From: Candidatus Heimdallarchaeota archaeon B3_Heim | GTDB taxonomy: Archaea; Asgardarchaeota; Heimdallarchaeia; Hodarchaeales; Hodarchaeaceae | Direction: 5' to 3' | DNA: 32,000 nucleotides | Assembly: GCA_003144275.1 (NCBI GenBank) | Contig: NJBF01000001.1 | Location: 60,001-92,000 of the forward strand | Shown here: in pieces, positions 26,946-32,000 of the stretch | Position numbering within the stretch: the first letter of the stretch is position 1 | Layout: every line of letters begins with the position of its first letter | Position numbers and translations under genes: made by a program | Notes under the pieces: model-generated | Databases searched by the model: none | What the model saw: the letters and a program-made list of their open reading frames with translations, nothing else | Told to the model about the DNA's origin: nothing

Positions 26946-28625
26946 TTATTCTTCTTTGAAAATTTCTCTTAGACGACGGAGTTCTTTCAGCATTTCACCC
27001 CGTAATTCTGCGATGCTGGTGGACCTTGCATCAGCGATCAAATCGAGAGGAGAATCACTTGCTTGTCCAGTAGGCATTACAGGTTCAGGTACTGTCGGTG
27101 ATGGGGGAGGAACACTTGCTGAAGGCATTGGGGGGGAAGTCACGGGAGGAGTGGATGGTGGGGGAGGAGGAGAGGTTGGAAGGCCAACAGGTTGAGATTG
27201 TACTGACGGCACTTTTGGAATCGCTTTTGGTGAAGGTGTTTCACCCAATACAGAATCAAATAGAGCACCAACCTTATCAGCTTCTGGAGTCCCAGGTTTT
27301 GCCTTTCGAAGGCTACCAATTTTTGTTTTGTAAGATTTGATTCGTCCTTCATAGTGCTTTACTAATGATTCATACACTCTAGGTCGAAACTTATCATCCC
27401 TTAAAGCTTCTTTGAACTGGTTTATTAGGTTACTTTCATTCTTACTCAATATGTCGAGATATGTGACCATTTCCGTTGGAGTAGTTTTTAAATCAAGGAA
27501 AGAATCGGTAGAAATATCTGATGTCTGGAAATCCCCACTAACTTCTTCTGTCTCGAAGTAAAGTACTGAAGTAATGAAAATCATTGAAACTAATGAGAAC
27601 ATTGTTCCGTACATAAACATTACATCCCACGAGTAACCCAAGAAAGTATAGTCTAGATTTGACAAATTGAGCAATTCTTGTACTTGGGAAGATGATGATA
27701 AAACAAGCATAAATGACATTAATGCCATAAAAAATCCGATTAGTAATGTTAGGAACCAAACTAGTTTTAATTTATCTAAAATACCACTAAATTTTCTCGA
27801 ACTGGAAAGAAAAGCCGCAGTTGAGAGCAATAATAAGCTTCCAAATGAATACAACACATACCATTCAGTATCAAGAACCAAACTTGATTCAAGTATATCA
27901 ATACGAATAAGAAGTGAAAGAAGAACTATTACAAATCCAATCACAACTCCAATTAGCCAGAGTATCCTTGTATTGTCGAGAAAACTTCGAAAACGTTGAC
28001 TAGCGGATATTAATGAGGGAAAAACACCTAAAATTAGGAATATACCACCACTCAAAAATAGAACATCCCACGAAGTACCTCCAATTAGTGGTATCGCTGT
28101 GAGTAAATCATCGATGTAATGGCCATATGCCAACATAGACGCTATTTCTAGAATCAATCCTATCGCTATTAGGGATAAATATAGAAATTTGAGATTCCAT
28201 AAGCGTTCACGATCACGAACACCAAATAATAGTGGTAATAAACTCACACAGAAGACTACACCAGAAAGAATGAAGTAATCAAACCAAATGGTAATTTCTG
28301 TGTCAATCGCAGTTACAAAACCACCATAAACTAACAATGAATAAATAATGCCTAAAATACTGATACTGAATAAGAGTATTAAATGAGGATATATCTTCTT
28401 TACACTCATTTTCCCTCTGGCATCCATCACTGACAATGAAGGTAAAGCCGTTATGATTGTCAAGTAAAAGCCGAAAGCAAATAAGATTTTATAATCTAGA
28501 CCTATCAGCAATCTATCTGCTGAAGCTACGCCAGAATAGTAGAAAAAACCTAGTACAATGCTGAAAATACCAATTACTGTAAGTGTGAGAAGTCCTCTTG
28601 ACGTTTTTACAAATGTTTCTCTCAA
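26946..28625 (-). CDS. Polytopic membrane protein (about 10-11 TM) with cytosolic coiled segment, polyproline tract and terminal amphipathic helix
   Basis: Repeated hydrophobic spans over the first ~355 aa, then PTSPPPPPSTPP... and SIAELRGEMLKELRRLREIFKEE; TTG start with AAGGAG upstream. Confidence 0.72.
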   Translation of the reverse strand: MRETFVKTSRGLLTLTVIGIFSIVLGFFYYSGVASADRLLIGLDYKILFAFGFYLTIITALPSLSVMDARGKMSVKKIYPHLILLFSISILGIIYSLLVYGGFVTAIDTEITIWFDYFILSGVVFCVSLLPLLFGVRDRERLWNLKFLYLSLIAIGLILEIASMLAYGHYIDDLLTAIPLIGGTSWDVLFLSGGIFLILGVFPSLISASQRFRSFLDNTRILWLIGVVIGFVIVLLSLLIRIDILESSLVLDTEWYVLYSFGSLLLLSTAAFLSSSRKFSGILDKLKLVWFLTLLIGFFMALMSFMLVLSSSSQVQELLNLSNLDYTFLGYSWDVMFMYGTMFSLVSMIFITSVLYFETEEVSGDFQTSDISTDSFLDLKTTPTEMVTYLDILSKNESNLINQFKEALRDDKFRPRVYESLVKHYEGRIKSYKTKIGSLRKAKPGTPEADKVGALFDSVLGETPSPKAIPKVPSVQSQPVGLPTSPPPPPSTPPVTSPPMPSASVPPPSPTVPEPVMPTGQASDSPLDLIADARSTSIAELRGEMLKELRRLREIFKEE

Positions 28626-29140
28626 AAAATAAATCTCCTTATCACAAGTTCAGATAAATCTGTTTAGGAATAAGTCTAATACCTACTAATATAAGTCTAG
28701 TCTTATATCAAATATTGTTGCTTTGCCGACAAAAAGTCAGTATTTAGAATAATTTCAAGAATTTCGACTCCTTCTTGAGTAAATGAAGCATTTTTCGATT
28801 TATACCGACAAGGAATTATCCTCGCAAAAACTACTATCAAGATAACTAATAAAATTACAATTTTAAACATAAGGAAATAGTTTTTTGACCAAATTATTAA
28901 ATAGATCTAATATTAAGGCTTTTAATAAATTAGATTTTTATGTTATCAGAGGTTTTTTAGGAAATATATCAAACTTCAAGAAAAGATCAAAAGACAATAT
29001 TAGAATTTCAGAAAAATGATGGAAAACTTCATCCTAGAGTTTAGTAACTCCAGAAAAGCATATTAAGAGTATGCAGATATCAAAAGATATGATAAGAACG
29101 ATATAATCTAATAAGGACTAATTAGAACCCGAATTAAATA

Positions 29141-29257
29141 GCCGGGGTATTCTAGTCCGGCAGGAAGCATGCCTGGAAATATCATGATAAGGATTCATCC
29201 TTTCAACTATAAAGCATGTGCTCTTTGAGCTCGAGAGTTCAAATCTCTCCCCCGGCG
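29141..29257 (+). tRNA. tRNA-Ser(GGA) with ~34-nt intron at position 37/38 (about 29179-29212)
   Basis: Acceptor GCCGGGG/CCCCGGC-G, anticodon stem CATGC/GCATG with loop CT-GGA-A|A, variable arm GCTC-TTT-GAGC, T arm GAGAG-TTCAAAT-CTCTC. Confidence 0.92.
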
Positions 29258-29558
29258 CTTAATTCTGAATATTTCAGCCATCTAGATGTAATAATTATAA
29301 ATTGAAGATATTTACAGCAATTATTAGGAAATCTTCTATTTGAAAATCTCCTTTCAGAAGTTGGAGGAAACCGTTGAGTTCACCTGCATCAAATCTCGCA
29401 AAAAGCCACAATCTAATGAAATCGCGATATGTTCGTAACCATAATATAGGGTATTCAAACTCCTTTTCAACCAGAGGAGAATAGCAAAACGGATAACCCC
29501 TTAAAGTGTTTGATGTTCAAACTATTCATTATTAAACAAATATTAGTAGGAATGAATT

Positions 29559-30008
29559 TTGGAGTATAATCACCAATTAAGGATTGCAGGAGCCGATTGT
29601 CCAGGAAATTGGCTTGTAGCTCATGCTATTACCAAGATACGTGGAGTAGGCTACCGTCTTGCTACTCAGATTTGCCATAAAGCTGAAATCGATCCTGAAA
29701 TGCGATGTGGGTTCTTAACTGAAGACGAAGTTCAGTTAATAGAGGATGTTATTACAAATTGCTCCGCCTTCGATATCCCCGCATGGATGTTAAACCGTCA
29801 GAAGGATATTGAATCAGGTGAAGATTTGCATATAATAAGTAACGATTTAATTGATATAATTAGGCTTGATATTGAACGAGAGAAAAAGACCCGATCTTAT
29901 AGAGGAATTCGACACTACTTGGGTCTCCCTGTCCGTGGACAGAGAACAAAAACCTCTGGCCGTGGTGGAACCACGATAGGAGTGTCAAAAAAGAAAGTAA
30001 AGCAATAA
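29559..30008 (+). CDS. rps13: 30S ribosomal protein uS13
   Basis: ITKIRGVG, IPAWMLNRQKD, SYRGIRH..GLPVRGQRTK. Confidence 0.97.
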   Translation: MEYNHQLRIAGADCPGNWLVAHAITKIRGVGYRLATQICHKAEIDPEMRCGFLTEDEVQLIEDVITNCSAFDIPAWMLNRQKDIESGEDLHIISNDLIDIIRLDIEREKKTRSYRGIRHYLGLPVRGQRTKTSGRGGTTIGVSKKKVKQ

Positions 30009-30009
30009 G

Positions 30010-30576
30010 GTGAATAAAATGGGAGATCCTAGAAAATTAAGAAAAAAACTTGAAGGTCCTCGCCATCCATTCAATAAAACACGTATTGAAGAAGAAATGC
30101 AGTATATGGGGCGGTTTGGGCTCAGAAATAAAAAAGAAATTTGGAAGGCTCAAACAATTCTTCGCAAATATAGATCAAGAGCTCGTGCATCTCTTGCTTT
30201 ACCAGAGTCCCAAAGAGAAACAGAAAGAAATAATCTAGTTAAGAAATTATTTCGTATGGGAATTATGGCAAACGAAGAGGGATTGACTGATGATGTTCTT
30301 TCTCTGAATGTAGAACAATTTTTAAAACGAAGATTACAATCTATTGTTCACGAACTCGGTTTAGCGAATACTCCTTGGCAAGCTCGACAAATGATTTGCC
30401 ATGGACACATTGCACTTGAAGGCCGAAAAGTTACTGCTCCTAGTTATCATGTGAAACGTGGTGAGGAAGAATCAATAACTTTTTCTCCAAGTTCTCCCTA
30501 TAATGATTCTGCACATCCAGCTTTGAGTGTACCCGCTTCAAGAGCTGTTAGACCTCCCCCCTCGGAGGAAAATTAA
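30010..30576 (+). CDS. rps4: 30S ribosomal protein uS4
   Basis: MGDPRK (likely start 30019), FGLRNKKEIW, RRLQSIV, QARQMICHGHI. Confidence 0.97.
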   Translation: MNKMGDPRKLRKKLEGPRHPFNKTRIEEEMQYMGRFGLRNKKEIWKAQTILRKYRSRARASLALPESQRETERNNLVKKLFRMGIMANEEGLTDDVLSLNVEQFLKRRLQSIVHELGLANTPWQARQMICHGHIALEGRKVTAPSYHVKRGEEESITFSPSSPYNDSAHPALSVPASRAVRPPPSEEN

Positions 30577-30604
30577 TCATTTTTGAACAAGTTGGTTATT
30601 AAAT

Positions 30605-31006
30605 ATGTCTAAAGCAAATAAAAATCCTTCTACTGGAGTTGCTCATATCTTAAGCTCTTATAATAATACAATAATAACTTTGACTGATATGACTGGCGCT
30701 GAAACCATTGCTAAATCTTCTGGCGGACAAGTTGTTCGTGCAGATCGCAACCAATCATCTCCTTATGCCGCAATGAAAGTTGGACATGAAATAGCTAGAG
30801 CTGCTAAAGAAAAAGGGATAAGGAAAATTGTGGTCAAAGTTAGAGCCCCTGGAGGTTCTGGTGCACGAAATCCTGGCCCAGGTGCTCAAGCAGCTATACG
30901 AGCCATTGCACGTTCCGGATTGCAAATCACACGAATTGAAGAAGTAACACCCATCCCTCACGATAGTACAAGACAACGTGGTGGAAGACGTGGACGTCGT
31001 GTATAA
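30605..31006 (+). CDS. rps11: 30S ribosomal protein uS11
   Basis: [47 protein letters not shown]. Confidence 0.98.
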   Translation: MSKANKNPSTGVAHILSSYNNTIITLTDMTGAETIAKSSGGQVVRADRNQSSPYAAMKVGHEIARAAKEKGIRKIVVKVRAPGGSGARNPGPGAQAAIRAIARSGLQITRIEEVTPIPHDSTRQRGGRRGRRV

Positions 31007-31098
31007 GGTAAGAAAAAGCTGTTAGGTATTTTTTCTCCAAGTCTGTTAGGAAATTGAGCTGAAGATTTTTCTCCTCAGGAATTCTTTCAACTCGGAAC

Positions 31099-32000
31099 TC
31101 AAACTTTCTTCCAAGATGAGGGATAAGTTTCTTTTTCCATAAAAACAGCAATGGGTTTCGCACATATCCCATTTTTTAAATCCGCAATTTTTTTGCTTGT
31201 CAATATACTTCTTCCAAAAGCTACTAGTTCTCCTTTCATTGTAAGGATCGCCAGTAAAGAATTCTTATCAATATTTCTTGTGAACTGAATTATACCAGGA
31301 AGAGTTAGCTGGGCACCGTGACAAATTGCATCAACGGCTGAATCCCGTATGAATATTTTAGGTAAATGAACACAAATCGCTTCTATGGGTTGAATTATTT
31401 CACGAATTAGACTTTCATCGTCATTTTCATTATAATAATACCACGCATCAGTCAAATCTTGTAAAGTTCTACTCATATTTTCAGTAAATGGTCCTGTATG
31501 AGTACGTCTTAATTCATGCATATGTGCCCCAGTGCCTAGAATTAACCCAATATCATGACAAAGCTTACGAATATAAGTCCCTGCTTCACATTTAATTCTC
31601 AGTAAGGAATATTGAGATTCAAGATGTTCAACAAGCTCGAGTGAATAGATCTTTCTTACGCGTAATTGCCTTTTAACATTACTTCTAAGTGGAGGAGTTT
31701 GATAAATTTTCCCTCGAAATATTTCAAGTACTTTTTCTACCTCATTCTGTGTTCTAGGTTCATGAAGTTTCATAATGCAAATGTACTGCTTACCTGCAGG
31801 TAGTAATACTTGAAGTGATCGAGTTGCGCGACCAAGGGCGATAGGTAAGCATCCTGTGACGGCAGGATCAAGTGTACCACCATGACCGGCCCTTTTAATC
31901 CCTAGGATATGTTTTACCCACGCTGTAACTTCATGAGAGGTGGGATTCGCAGGTTTATCAAGATTTATTATCCCTAGTTTTAGAAGTTCTGCAATACTCC
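31099..32000 (-). CDS. cbf5: H/ACA pseudouridine synthase Cbf5 (5' end beyond window)
   Basis: The frame continues past 31773 to the window edge: GIINLDKPANPTSHEV..W...GHGGTLDPAVTG; also GTYIRKLC, ELRRT and PUA SAVDAICHGA. Confidence 0.96.
   Translation of the reverse strand, partial: SIAELLKLGIINLDKPANPTSHEVTAWVKHILGIKRAGHGGTLDPAVTGCLPIALGRATRSLQVLLPAGKQYICIMKLHEPRTQNEVEKVLEIFRGKIYQTPPLRSNVKRQLRVRKIYSLELVEHLESQYSLLRIKCEAGTYIRKLCHDIGLILGTGAHMHELRRTHTGPFTENMSRTLQDLTDAWYYYNENDDESLIREIIQPIEAICVHLPKIFIRDSAVDAICHGAQLTLPGIIQFTRNIDKNSLLAILTMKGELVAFGRSILTSKKIADLKNGICAKPIAVFMEKETYPSSWKKV

Noticed and set aside
11093-31172. Numerous short ORF-track entries overlapping core genes (e.g. 12941, 13725, 15471, 21428, 26956, 30755)
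   Set aside because: Antisense or alternate-frame shadows of clearly identified genes
31850-31900. Crenarchaeal-type cbf5 pre-mRNA intron near the catalytic Asp
   Set aside because: GHGGTLDP is encoded without interruption
1-32000. CRISPR array, rRNA, transposase or integrase
   Set aside because: No regularly spaced repeats, rRNA-like sequence or recombinase motifs seen

Overview
AT-rich archaeal window, probably from an Asgard archaeon (Heimdallarchaeia/Hodarchaeales-like; this is inferred from gene content and protein style, not from a search). Bases ~1-9900 are an accessory, partly decayed defence-type island. It holds a minus-strand cluster (degenerate MTase-TRD-nuclease fusion, PRTase-like protein, two related Nmad-type proteins, TPR remnant), a putative HEPN protein, a frameshifted gene, an interrupted DUF4365 nuclease and a HerA-like protein with no Walker A. 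Bases ~9980-32000 are core genome: nnr, divergent tbp/tfb, an ABC ATPase, two winged-helix proteins, an archaeosortase, Sec61beta (missed by the ORF track), a CBS protein, a SPOUT methyltransferase, intron-containing tRNA-Leu(CAA) and tRNA-Ser(GGA), atpD, rpl3-4-23-2, an EndA-like subunit, PINA ATPase, a multi-TM protein with a polyproline plus WH2-like tail, rps13-4-11 and a partial cbf5. The best candidates for novelty are the MTase-like/TRD/nuclease + PRTase + Nmad cluster, the membrane-anchored polyproline-WH2-like protein, the triple winged-helix protein, and the His-less EndA next to imperfect-BHB tRNA introns. All family calls are from motif recognition by eye.
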